Assembly: GCA_040954595.2 (NCBI GenBank)
Contig: CM082590.2
Coordinates: 8,432,001-8,496,000 of the forward strand
From: Balanoglossus misakiensis
Lineage: Eukaryota; Animalia; Hemichordata
Reading direction: 5' to 3'
Length of the DNA stretch: 64,000 bases
The notes under the pieces were generated by a model. That model worked only from the letters and a program-made list of their open reading frames with translations. It did not search any database and was not told where the DNA came from. Shown here one piece after another: positions 26,332 to 39,700 of the stretch. Both the position numbers and the translations under genes were made by a program. Every line of letters begins with the position of its first letter. Positions within the stretch are counted from its first letter, which is position 1.

Positions 26332-29300
26332 TTAATACCCGGAACCGACAATTGGTTGGACTTCAATACTTGTGTAGAACAGAATATATGCAGCTGATGA
26401 CTGAAAGAAAAAAGAAATCATTTATTTAATCAAGAGTCCTGTATGACAATTTGAGAAATCAAGTACTTTCCTGGAAATGATGTTGGATGTCAGTTCAAAG
26501 AAAACTAACAAGAGAAGAAGACTCACCTTAACACTGCTGGCTGATATATCATAGACTTCTGTGTCATCAAATTTATACCATCGCTGTGTCATGGCATGTT
26601 TACAGTACGCAGTATCTAAACAACAGAAAAAAAAAAACTATTTAGGAATGTGTGTATTTGTTGTTTGTTTGTGTGAGCAAGCAACAATACCCCTTCTTAG
26701 ATAACATTTTACATCCCCATGGAAGCCCAAAATGATACGCAGTTGTTTTCAAACCTGTCTATAGTGGCCAGTCAAGGGACTCTCCTAAACTGGCCTTTAT
26801 AGACAAGTCCATTAATGCACAGGTTAATTGCACAGGGACGTAACAGTGGCCACTATATAGAGGTGGCCACCAACACAGGTTTGACTATAGTTCTTTACCA
26901 CTAATGAAGCAAGCATAAACCGAAAAAACTGTTCAGGACAAGAAGATGTTATGGATGTAAAAACACACCAAGTTATCTTTCGTATACTTACAGTGCCCAC
27001 CATCTATGGTGCCATAGTGATTAGAGACAGCGTAGAGATTGTATGACGATCTGGTATTGGGACCGATTACATGTTGCCTCATGTTTAAGTCCGTCAGTGG
27101 AAAATCAACGTATGTCTGTAGTTTATGTCGCCACACACCCTCGTAGGAAAACCTAAGCGGAGAAAATTGCAAAATATCAGGAAAATATCACATGATATAT
27201 CATTTTTATATGTAGACAGTCGTGTATGCATTCTGAGATATGAAGAAATTATTGCCATAGTAACGTGTGATGTGACCAACCTTTTGAGATGAATCAGTAA
27301 TATATGCGGCAGCTTCCAAATCTCTATCTTCTTATTGGCTTCCCTGTGAACTTTGCACCTGGGACAGTACCACTTGTCGCTGCCACTGACCTTCTCAAGT
27401 TTACTGAAATTCCGCAAACAATCCTGCAAAAGACGAACAGAGAAATGTGAAATTTTCATCACTCATCTCGGAGTAAGAACCTCGCTAAGGTGGTGAGAAT
27501 TTCCCCAAAATGGGTGGATATACCCCTAACCAAGACTACAACAGCCCACTACAGACTACATGATGTTTTACTGCAGAGTATAGAATATACATACTGTAGA
27601 CTACAGGATATACGCACTGCATACCACTGCTATAAGTACTGCAGTTTACAGAATATATGTACATCAGACTACAGGTTATACGTACTGAAGAGTACAGGAT
27701 ATATGTACCTCAGACTACAGGATATACGAACTGCAGACTACAGGATATACGTACTGAGTGTAGGATATATACAGTAAACAACCAGATATATGAACCACAG
27801 ACTACAGGATATATGTACAGCAAACTACAGGATATACGTACTGCAGACTACAGGATATACATACGGCAAACTATAGGATATACTTACGCTGAGAGAGCAG
27901 CGACTGTTTGATGGCAGCGGCAATGACAGATACATGAACGCGTCGTACGTCACCGACTTCTTGGAACACTTAAGACACTCGATGGTCGACTTGAACTGGC
28001 CCTGGAACAGCTCCACCATGATGGACTGGTTCAGACGCTTGTGGTTCTCCCACGAGAGTCTCGCTGCATCTACATCCGACAAATGACTCTTGTCTTTCTC
28101 TTCAATGTACCTGCGATGCTTGACCTGGGAACATGAAGAAATTCACGTAAAACTCTCTGAAACTTGTCCAAGAGAGTGTGATGGTTATTTCACTATTTTG
28201 GTCTGAGCAATGTCTAAAATTTCTCATTTCACTCAATGAGACTTTTTAAACATAATGTATTCAGCTTGTCATCAGAGTATGTATGTGTGTAAAATGCTGT
28301 TTTATTTTTGGCATTCCAATTTTGGACGAGCCTGAAATTCAAGTCTTACTGACAACATTCCTGCTTTTACATATATCTGGGGCTGGGTGTGGCAAAGTTT
28401 TGTAACTTGTGAGTCGACAGGTGAAACTTTATTGAATCAACATAAAATAACATAACATATATACATGTAATAAGTAGAAATAACCAATTGAACATACCCT
28501 ATTCATATCTTCATGCAAACCGTCTAGAAGAAACAGCAAGAATTCCTGGGAGTCTTGTTGTTCGTAGCCTGCAAACTGTGGCACGAATTTGCTGACGGTG
28601 TTCTTGAAGTCTCTCGGGGCGACAGATTTATATTGTCCTGACCACATTGCGTTTATCAGGACTGCGAATTCCTCTGCTACTTCACCACCACGACCGAGCT
28701 TGTTCTCTCTGTGAAAGTGAAAATAATAATAATAATATTGATTTCTTATATAGTGCATAACATAATACATCTCAATTCTCAATGCACTTTACAGTTTTTC
28801 CCATAGTCATTGGACTTAGATTTTCCATTCAACTGCCTGGGGAGCAAACAACAGCTCACATGTGCAGCTATAAGTGCAGCAGAGCTAAACACACACATTG
28901 CAATCTCTGTCCTACCAGGTACCCATTACTCCTAGGTGGGGAGAAGCAATGAGAAGTAAAGTGCCTTGCTCAAGGACACAACACCACAGCCATGCTGGGG
29001 CTCGAACCCACAATCCTCCGATCATGAAACCAATAGTCTATGATGTCTCCTCGATCCTGAGTGAAATTTCTCTTTTTATGAACAAGAGAAACTCTCAGAA
29101 CACAAAAGATGCAAATGTGACTGACCTGTTGATGTCTAGTCTGTAGTTACCACTGAGGAAGTACTGTGCCAGAGGTGTAGTTCCGGCCAAACTCTGGATC
29201 ACTGAATTCATGAAACAGGTGTTGCCAAGGTTACGCAAACCAGTCAGCGCACGTCCCTTTTGGTAAAACACAGTTAAAAACAGATCAGTTGAAAATCCTC

Positions 29301-32300
29301 AAAATTTCATATTAAGAACAAAGCATACATTGCAAGAGATAAAACTTACCTGACTGCCGTATACAGGATTCAGGTTTCTCACTTTAGCAGCCGAGACATC
29401 AGAGGGTTTGAGGTCGCGAGAAGGGGTTGGTGCAGGTTCCAGTCTAGATTGGGAAAATAAAAATATTGATGTTAATATTTATCATCATCATCACCATCAT
29501 CACCATCACCATCAACATCATCATCATCTATACTATTATCATTACTGTTGTAGTTCACAGAATGTCAAGACTGACAGTGTATGTTGCAAATTTCTACAGC
29601 TGTTTATACTTTGTAGTCTCTCAGAATTCCTTGATTTACAAATTTTAAACCAATTTCAGGGAATGTATAACAAGTCAATAGTGCTATTCACCAAAAGTGC
29701 AGTAGCTGTGTGAGACTGAGACTAGAACTAGTAGTTAAGCTCGCAAATAGTATGAATGTCACTGAAAATTACATGACTCCTCTTACTTTGTTGATGGTTT
29801 CGTTGTCCTATCAAAGCTGGGGCTAGGTCTCAGGTCCTCCTGCACCATCTGCGCTATGTTGGGTGATGAGTGCGATCGCCTGAGCGATGTTTGGGGTTCG
29901 TTCTGCAGGGGCATTTTGTATGTGCCCTTGCCCTGGGGGGCAGCCTGTTGTGGTGATGGTTGGCTCGGCGTCTTGTGGGTTGGTTGGCTTGTAGTTGTCG
30001 CGCTGGGTGGGTTCCAGTGTGTCGTGGCGGTGTTGTGATCGATGTAGTAGTAGCACTTCCTGGTCTCGTGGTACCGCTTCTCCCATCCTGTCGGCAATTG
30101 GCTCTTGGCTCTCGCCTCTTCTTGTTTCTTCAACTTCTCGGCATTCAACCTCTGTTCCTGTTCCATGAGCTGTCGTCTCAAACTCTCGGCTTCCTGCTGG
30201 GCTTTCACTGTCTCCTCTCTCTCTAACCTCAGCTTCTCTGCCACCTCCAGCTCCTTCCGTCGCTTGTCCTCCTCCTCCTGCTGTAGCCGTAGCAACTCCC
30301 GTGCCTCGTGCTCCCTCTTGAGCCTCTCCCTCTCCTGTAGCGCCTCCAACTCGACCTCGTCCCGAATCTTCTTCTCTCTCTCTACCTGTTCTCGTTCCCT
30401 CGCCTCCCTGTCCATCTTCTCCTGCTGTTCTTTTTTCTCTTGCGCTTCTTTCTCTTTCCGTCTCTTCTCGTCTTCGCGTCTCTGTTTCTCTAGCGATGCT
30501 CTCTCATCCGTCTTCCGTTTCTCGTCTCCCGTTGCTTTCCTTCTTTCCGTTTCCTCCATCTCTCGTCTTTCCTGTTCTTCCCGTTTCATCTGCTCTTCCC
30601 TTTTCCGGGCTGCTTCTTCCCGTTCCTTCCTCTCCCGGAATGCTTTCTCTTCCTCCGCTTTCCGCCGCTGTTCCTGTTTGATTTTCTCCAGTCGTTCGCG
30701 CTCAATCTTCGCCTTCAGTTCGTCCTCTTTACTCTTTTTCGCCCGCTCTCTCTCCAGCGACGCTTTCTCAAGTTCCTTCAATCTCTGGCGTTCCAACTCG
30801 ATGCGTTCCTGCAACTCTCTCTGTTGCATTTCCATCTCGGGCGACATTTCAGCCGTGGGGCTCGTATCGTCGCTGTCGCTACTCGCGCCTCGCGGTTTCT
30901 TCGTCCTGTCTACGCTCGGCATCGCGATTCCCGAGTTCGTCTTCGCTGCGGTCACCCCCGGCTGTTGTGCAGTCATCATCCCGGCTGCGACGCCACGAAC
31001 TGCGCCTGCGTCTGCAGCATGCGAGTTACCGATCGCCACTGCGGACACCCCCGGCTGTACAGTTGGTTTTGCAGTCACCATCCCGCCTGCAACGCCACGA
31101 ACTGCGCCTGCGTCTGCAACGTGCGAGTTACCGATCGCTGCAGTGGCACCCTCATGGGGGGTAATCGACTGTGGCTTGGGTTTGCTGGTTCTGTCAACGA
31201 CCGGCATGGCCTTGCTTCTGGCTGCACCGTGAGGCACCCCAGGAGCTACGACGTCACCGTTGACGACAACTCCACCATCACCACTTATATTGTTCTCCAC
31301 TGGAATTTCCGGTGGCTCAGGTTTGTCTTCTTCCAGTGTTGGATAATCAAAGTCCACTGCAACAAAAATTAGAAGTTACAGTCAAACCTGTCTATTGCGG
31401 CCAGTCAAGGAACTTTCCTAAACTGGCCTTTATAGATAGGTGGCCTTTATAGGCTGGTCAATTAGTGAACATGTCAATTGCACAGGGACTGTAACATAAG
31501 GCCACTATATAGAAGTGGCCACTAACACAGCTTGGACTGTATTAGTCTATGGTATGCTACATTATATTACAAGCTAATATACTCAGTACTCTGAGTCTCC
31601 ACTTGTCAACATAGCCTGTATGTGTATAACAGCCATTGTTATTGTTTACAAATGAATTCTAGTCTGGACTTGAATTCAAATTTTGCACAATAGCAATGCT
31701 GACTATAGAGGTTGTGTTGATAATCCTAATGCTAGGTATTTGTCATGTTTCAAAAATTTGAACAAGAAACTGCAGTAGATACACATACTGAAAACATGGC
31801 AAAATATTAGAGTAATGGAGCTTTAAAAATACTTACAGAGACTTGAAAGCGATGCAACTTCGTGATACTTCGGTGGCTTGGGTACTTTGGGGTTAGTCGT
31901 GAATTGTGGGTAGTGGAGAAGCCAGTCGTCATAGCCACCTTGCAGTACTAACGGTTCGCTCTTCACGATCACTGTTGCATCAAACTGTTTGACATGAAAG
32001 AAAGAGAAATAACATTTCATGATAGTGGAGGATTCCGTGGGTAAGGCCAGTTGTTTGTATGTGAGGCAGGTCACAGCTGCACTTAGATATTTCTGATGGT
32101 CGGTACTCTAGCAAATAGTAGCCTGTCTCGTCCAACAGAATACTACTGTACATGATTCTAATTGCACTCAAATGATGTTCAAATGATAGTTGATTGCTCC
32201 CAGTAAAATTAAAACCTTCACTTTATAATCTAATTAACGTGTCTTTTAATTTTGTCATCCCACCGAAATATTCTAACTACAGTCAAACTTGTCTAAACCG

Positions 32301-34783
32301 GACGACAAAATGACTGTGGAAATTGTTCAGTTTGCAGAGGTTTCTGGTTTATAGAGATTCATTCAACGAGTGGGTCTATGTGATGGGGACGGGAAAGTGT
32401 GTTTGATATCAACAGGTTTCCAGATTAGACAGAGTTTGGTTTAGACAGGTTTTACTGTAATGTTTTTGACCAGTGTACAAGTGTCTAGGTTAGATATTCA
32501 GTCGACTGTCGTACTGAGATTCTTTACCTTGAATATTGCATCTTTGAGAGATTTCAACGTTGATCCGACAGTCAAGTCTTTCAGTGAACTATCCCAGTCC
32601 AGCAGTACTATGAAATCCACGGAGCCTCGGTTATTCCACAGTTCCATGTATTCGGTGTCTAATCCCGACTCTATTCCTTGCACAGTTATCCTGGAAAACA
32701 TGGATCAATGCAATGTCCATTGGTTAGAAACATTTAGTCTAGTCAGAGGCAATATGTCCCTGGTCTCTGGTAATGAAATTGAGAAGTCTGCATACAGCTA
32801 TTTTCAAAACAGTTTGAAATTTCTTTGTCAGAGAGATAACATAAATATTTCTGACAATATGAAACAGTACTGCTGCATGCTGCACTTTGAATTTTGTACC
32901 ATTTTACTCTAATCATAGAGTCACTTTCGAACTGATCTTATTGAAGTTACTTAGGGAAAAAGTCAAAGACACACACATTCAATGGGATAATGTTTGACAC
33001 AAGTTGTACATCAACAATCATTTTGCATTCCTGATATCACAAAAAAGGCAAAATGAGCGACCCACAATAATGATCAATGTAATAGTGAGGACAGAAGGAT
33101 CTTGTACACTTCAGGAAATAGCAGTGTAATTTATTCTTGTCTTTTTTGTGTCGAGTGTTAAGTCTGCGACACACTTACCCTGGTTTAATGATTGTCTGTG
33201 GCAAACTGACACAGTTCAAATTGCGGAATTTGATGTGCGATGTCCTGTACTGTTCTTCAGGCCGGACATCCATCACTAGCACCGATGTGTTACCCTCGTC
33301 GAGTAGTTTGTACAAACAAGGCGATGATATTTCTCCTGGGGCTGTAACAATCTCTGAAAGAGAGAAAAGGTTCTTTTTTAATTCCATTTTCCATAACCTT
33401 TGGCCAACTTTTTCAGTCTTTGTTGGTGTGTTTAAAATGCAGTGACTTTCTCATCACAACCCACCTTCATCCTTCTCTGTTTCCACGGCGTCCTGCAGAT
33501 CCCCATCATTTTCTTTTCTCTCCTTCTCTCGTCTCTCCTTATCCTCTTCTTCATCTAGCCTCTTTCTCAAATCGTCCGCCTCTTGTAAATCTGCATATCT
33601 GAATAATAAAAGATATTGAAACATTTCCTGTACTGTGATTGGCTGAAACTAAAGGTACTGGACTACGATGGTCCCTTTCCTGTGCTTTGATTGGTTGATA
33701 CTATAGTGACGTGACATACATCATTTTTGTGCTGATATATACAAACATACAACAGTAGACCATTTCCGAACACCACGAGACTTTGTGAGATCTCGCGTGG
33801 CTAGGCAGTTTATATGAGAGGACATGTTCATGTTGTATATGGCAAAACAGATCAAAGTTACAATTTTTGTTAAACTCTGCACGTATGCTAATTTCACGCA
33901 AAGCTTGACTTGTATTACATGGCTAGCAACCTGTTGCTACAGTAATTAACCCTTTCACCACCATGGTTCAGTCCAAACCCATTGTTTTCTATGGTAAGGT
34001 TGGACCTCTATACAGAGAAATGGGGGTGAGAGGGGCAATTTCTACCAATCTGACTTACCTTTTTTCTAACCCAGCTGCCAATTCTTCAGCTTTGTCTATA
34101 GCTTTCATCACATTGGTCTTGCCGAGCAATGAGTCAAAAAATTTCTAGAGAAGAGAAAACATCAAAAAGATCATTATATTCTTACAAGCGTTTGACAATT
34201 AAAACTATTCTGCACCTATAGCAAAATAAGGTGTATTGGTATTTTAAAAATATTTGTTGATTGTGATTCTGTATGGCATACCAGTCATTTCAATAATTAA
34301 GGATGGAGTACTTTACCTTATCTGCTTTGTAATCTTTTGTCTTATGAATCTGACTGACGATATTGAAGTATTTCATGAAGAAAACATAAGCCTTTTCTTC
34401 ATCACCAGATTTCAACTCATCATCAGCTGCTTTGAATACTTTGGACGCAGACTGACAATAACTGAAAAATCACGTAAACAAAAAAGTATACTTGATAATC
34501 ATTATTCATATACTGAGTTTTTGTCTGAGAATAATATGGTACCAAGCTACCAGTGGTTTTAATTGTGATATCCATACATATATATACTCAACTAGAATGA
34601 AGTCATGCTTTAGTAATAATGTTGATGTCTGCTAACAACAATAACAACAACAATAATAATAACAATACTGAACACTGCTTACTTTTGTATTTTCCATCCC
34701 TTGACAAGTTTATATTCCGCCATCTTGTTTAAATCTTCCAGGGACTTCCCCAGGTGGAGTTCTTTCTTTCCTCTTGCAGGCAT
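26332..34783 (-). CDS. USP8: Ubiquitin carboxyl-terminal hydrolase 8 (MIT, rhodanese, coiled coil, WW-like, USP domain)
   Basis: 16 coding exons: 34683-34783, 34317-34461, 34059-34144, 33465-33598, 33179-33353, 32528-32690, 31837-31984, 29787-31356, 29350-29443, 29126-29256, 28498-28708, 27888-28124, 27281-27423, 26992-27152, 26527-26615, 26332-26400. N-terminus [20 protein letters not shown]; rhodanese MDVR and [13 protein letters not shown]; 14-3-3 site RSHSSP; Cys box [13 protein letters not shown]; QQDSQEFL; His box [11 protein letters not shown]; [11 protein letters not shown]. 5' UTR exon with donor at 35409. Confidence 0.97.
27550..27882. repeat. ~23-bp minisatellite in USP8 intron abutting a splice donor
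   Basis: Degenerate tandem GACTACAGGATATACGTACTGCA units. Confidence 0.85.
28790..29045 (-). mobile_element. tRNA-derived SINE in USP8 intron
   Basis: Minus strand: B-box GGTTCGAGCCC, then GTGTCCTTGAGCAAGGCACTT and AATGGGTACCTGG central motifs typical of conserved-domain metazoan SINEs. Confidence 0.7.
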
Positions 34784-35076
34784 CTTGTTTTAGGTCTGCA
34801 ATTTACAAGAACGTGACACTAATATTTTAGGATAGCACTTTATGATGTCATGATATCATAATAAATCATATATGCAAATTATTGATTACATTACACTGGG
34901 TGTAATAAATAAATAATAACAGGCTGTCTGATTTTGATACAAAATAAACATTATTAATTCCAGCTTTGTCAGTGAATACCAGAAAGATTCCTAATTCTTC
35001 AGCGTTCTGGTTTGGTAGATTTTAATTTGGTTGGTTCCACATGTAAACAATATGACCCCACCCCCAATCAAAACTT

Positions 35077-35078
35077 GA

Positions 35079-35114
<36 letters not shown>

Positions 35115-35135
35115 TTGTTGTTGTTGTTGTTGTTT
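35077..35135. repeat. (GAT)n(GTT)n microsatellite; others: poly-G 2452-2476, (CAT)n 29480-29528, (TATG)n 41020-41064, (TG)n(AG)n 57796-57848, (AATC)n 61701-61737
   Basis: Read directly from the sequence. Confidence 0.9.
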
Positions 35136-35408
35136 TTAAAAGATTGGAGGTGATCGATGTCTTTGATTTGTCCAACAATAACAACACTGAAGCCCTACAA
35201 TGCACTGTATGTAGTTGTTTACCACAAAAAGCTGCCCTGAATATTATACACGATGATGATAACACGAGATGTGTCTTACTTCCTGGATCTGTGACTAGTG
35301 TACATATCCGTGTGTTGTGTATTTCATTTGGAGATCATCAACAAGATCGGATTTCTGTAAGCGATCGCGGCGCTGAAATCAACCGGGATATCGAGTACTG
35401 TTACTTAC

Positions 35409-36151
35409 CTTTCCTAATCCGTCTTTAAAACCGGTGTAAAAGTTGTACGATGCTATCTTGCAGTCAATATACGAGTGACAACATATCTCTTCATCATCTG
35501 CAGTAGATCGCCATAGTCTCTCGGCCTTGTTTCTGATCACGCGAGATTCGGTGAGATTCCGCTTGGGGACATTTCACTAAAATATCCCGGATCGCTACAC
35601 TGCAACTAAGTGCTGAGAAATTTATTAGTTTCAAGCCATTAGAACAAACTTGGGATGATAAAAAGTACTCAATTATATTTCATTTATTAATTAGGTAAAT
35701 ATATAACACAAATTTTATATTTTAAGCGGTAGAATATAATTTAAACGTGGAAACCTGGAACTATTTTCCCAGGGACTGCGGAAGGATAAAATAGGCATCA
35801 CCATGTGCTTCCGGAAATAACAAATGCACTTCCGGCGGCTAAAATTTTCTCGGTTTTTCAGCTGTTAAATCTTCGTATATACTAGTTTAATTGGAATTAT
35901 TACAATTCACAGGTAAGGTGACATATCTCAAGCGTTACTTCTCGAATTCTTGAGGTGGTTGTGCGTTTCTTGGCGGAGATGGAGGCATGTGTTTGAGACC
36001 GATGGAAGTGCTTCCGGTGGAACGCGGAATTGAAAAAAAATGTCGGTGTCAATTTTGCGTTTCTGGGTCTTCCAGCCTTTTTTGCTCGAAAGTGTCGTGT
36101 CCTTGAGAAATTTGTGGACAAAATCAGTCGAAATGACAGCGGTTATATACG
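35409..36151. promoter_or_regulatory. Bidirectional USP8/GABPB promoter with ETS (GABP) motifs and two candidate GABPB first exons
   Basis: CTTCCGGAAAT 35808-35818, CACTTCCGG 35827-35835, GGAAGTGCTTCCGG 36004-36017. + strand donors at 35912/35913 and 36151/36152; USP8 5' UTR donor at 35409 (-). Confidence 0.7.
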
Positions 36152-36711
36152 GTAAGAGCAGTGTTTGATAATCGCTTTTCATTTGGGTCTTTGTTGGTCT
36201 ACACTAGTGCATCAGGAAAATCGTGTGTGTGTGTGCTGTGGTTGCAATGTTGTCAATTTTGACATAGACATGTTTACAATCTCGATTTACACCAGTATTC
36301 GCTGCATTATATGTTGATTGGAGCTGCGATCAGTACAGCTTAACCCAATTTGTATTCGTACTGTTTACTGCTCATAATCATATGATTATCAGATGTGTCA
36401 GACGATACAGACATCATTGAGATGTGAAATTAAACTGGTCTCACATCCATAGTACAGATCAGATGGGTTTTTTTTCTGGTGTGCTAACATGAGGTTAACA
36501 CTAGCCTTAGGTTAATCGAGTGTTAGGGTCACACTAATGTTCATGTAGCTGCAATGATTGTAGCAGGTGCTGCCACTCAACCTGCTTAGTGCTAGGTTGA
36601 GTGCGCTGCAATCATTGCAGCTAGTTACAGACTAGAGTGTTTCAACATACTCATGTGAAATCTGGCCTGATGTTAGTGTTTCATTGTTGACAGGTTTTCA
36701 AGATCATCAGA

Positions 36712-39700
36712 ATGTCCCTAGTGGATTTGGGTAAACGATTGTTGGATGCTGCCAAGACTGGACGCGATGAAGAAGTCAGAACGCTTATGTCGAATGGGGC
36801 GCCGTTTACAACAGACTGGGTAAGGATGATGTGTTTTTTGTGACCACAACTAGCAGGACTTGCACTAGTAACAAGTGCGTCCTGTAACAACAAACATTCT
36901 TACACTGAATTTATCAAGAAATTTGACAACAGTATAAACTAATTTATTACATGAATTTGTTTCTTGAATCACCAATGAGTTTGTTGAGTCAGTGGTGAGT
37001 CATATTGGCTTAGAGGGCACATTGACTAGTACTGTAGTCAGTAAAAGTCAGATTTTACGTATACCGGGGTAGTAAAGTTTTATCATAGTTAGCAGTTTTA
37101 TAATCTTTTATCTGGCAACCATATTTCTGCGTGTCTTAATATGAAAACCATTGTCTAAAATACAATTAAATAATAATGATTTTAATGATAACGAATGATA
37201 TGTTTTGATTTCAGCTTGGGACCTCGCCTCTACACATGGCAGCCCAGATGGGACATCTATCAACAGCCGAGGTCTTGCTTCGAGCAGGGGTGAGTCGAGA
37301 CGCTCGCACAAAAGTGGACAGGACACCTCTGCATATGGCCGCTCAGGAGGGACATGTGGATTTGGTGGAACTCTTGATGAAACATGGGGCGGATGTCAAC
37401 GCCAAAGATATGGTAAGAGTCACCCTATCACCGCAATGGTTTGGTCCAGAATCATTGTTATCTATGGTGAAATTGGACCTCTTTAAAGGGAAAGAGGGGT
37501 GAAAAGGTCAACTATTTCAAGACCGTGGTTCCCTGTATAGAGGTCCAATTTACCATAGAAAACAATGGTTTAATGTATGTTGAGTTTTTGTATGCCTGTG
37601 TGGGCACCGCACACATTGATCTCATTAACCCTTTCACCACCATGGTTTGGTCCAGACTCAGTGTTATCTATGGTGAAATTGGACCTCTATACAGGGAAAG
37701 AGGGGTGAAAGGGTTAAAGATTCCAAGACCACGGTTGGATCCAATGGAGATAAAATTCAGATCAGGGGCTTTCAAATAGGGTAGATCAGATTACCAGAAA
37801 CAATATTTTCTTGGCGTTAGTATTTATTGCGAATAAGAATCCTTGTTTGTTTTGTTTTGCAGTTAAAGATGACGCCTTTGCATTGGGCAGTGGAACGTGA
37901 ACATGAAGAAGTGGTACAAGCATTAATCAAGCATGGAGCTGATGTAGAATACGCCAATAAGGTAGGAATAAATCCATTTCAAATTAAATTGGTTAGAAGT
38001 TCTGACTTCGCAATACATGAATTGTTTTACCAGTATTGTCAATAATATGGTCAGAGATCACCAGCCCAGGGATGCCTAGAAACTCTTGTCACCTGACTTT
38101 AAATTTATTTTTGAGGCGGAACATTTGACATTATGAAAGAGGAAAAAGTATCAGCTTGTTTTACTTCATCATGCCTTGTGTTTTTTTTTCAGTTTGACAA
38201 GACAGTGTTAGATATGGCAATAGACAAGAACAGTCAAGAGTTGATACACATTATACAAGAAGCACAGGTGAGTACATTACATTACATCACTAGAATAAAA
38301 CTGTTTGTTTGTTGTGACCAGGAGATATATACAACTGAAATGCAGTTTCATTGATGTTGTGTCTGACCTACATATACAGTCGAACCTGTCTATAGTGGCC
38401 AGTCAAGGGACTTTCCTAAACTGGCCTTTATAGACAGGTTGCCTTTATACAGAGGTTACCCCTGCACATGTGAATTGCACAGGGACTGTAACAAAGTGGC
38501 CACTATATAGAGGTGACCACTAACACAGGTTTGACTGTATGTAGAATAGCCATATGTTCATATAGGTACTAATTGTTGGGTCTACTTCATCTTGTGACAG
38601 CTTGGCATGACGAACGGTATGACGCAGACTGTCACAGAAGTGACAACAACCACACCCACAGAAACACAGACGACGTCGGCGAGCAACATCCAGACGCTGG
38701 TCACGGCGGCCGCTGCGGTCAAGTCGTGCACAACTGGCTCAGGTATAGCAGTACTGATCAAGTGTTCTTGTCCAATTCTTTAACCCTTTCACCACCATGG
38801 TTCAGTCCAATCCCATTGTTTCCTTGGTAAGCTTGGACCTCTATACACGAAAATAGGGGGTGAAAGGGTTAAGGGGTAAATTGATGGAGAGTTGATGTTG
38901 GCACAAACATTGTCACCATCCGACCAATTCTGTTTTAACCCTTTCACCACCATGGTTCAGTCCAAGCCCATTGTTTCTTATGGTAAGGTTGGACCTCTAA
39001 AAAGGGAACTGGGGGTGAAAGGGTTAAACAGTGCATTTAGCATGACATGCAAACAACAAACAGGAGAAGAGAAAACGCCACCCTTCCACCACCATGGTTC
39101 AGTCCAATCCCGTTGTTTTCTATGGTGAGGTTGGACCTCTAATAGATCCACATTGCTCTATTCCTGTCTGTTAATTTTCTTGTATGTTAACTAACTTCTC
39201 ATCACTGTTTATCTTTCTAGAAGTGTCATCAATTTTCTCTTATCTCCTCCTTTTGTAGGTGAGACCGGCCAGCCTCAATCCTCATCCAGTTCTACATCAG
39301 TATTAGCCACACTTGCAGCCTTGGCAGAAGCCTCAGCTCCTCTCAACACACCCAGTAAGTTTCAGTTTACTGTCGATTCTCTTCTGGGTCACATCATGAC
39401 TATCTCACTGTAGAGAAGACATGTTCAGGTTGATTGTGTGGAACTTTGACAGACTTTTGATCATCCATTTCTGAGTTGCACTGGTATTTAAAAGTTGAAA
39501 AAACATGTCAAAATATCACACTAAGAAAGTCATGATTGAACGCAGGAAGTTGGCATACATTCTACTGTTATAGATTTTCAGAGGAGAAGGTTGTAGTGTC
39601 TTTTTGAATGTCGACAAGTTATTACCTCTGAAGACTGTTGGAATAGTTTGTGTGAAAAAACGTGATGTTTACATTATTTCAAATGAATTCCATTGTGAAC

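Noticed and set aside
30105-31372. 375-aa and 182-aa + strand ORFs
   Set aside because: Antisense shadows of the low-complexity USP8 coiled-coil exon.
5467-39128. Many short ORFs sharing the peptide [21 protein letters not shown]
   Set aside because: Translations of the ~90-bp MITE, not a protein family.
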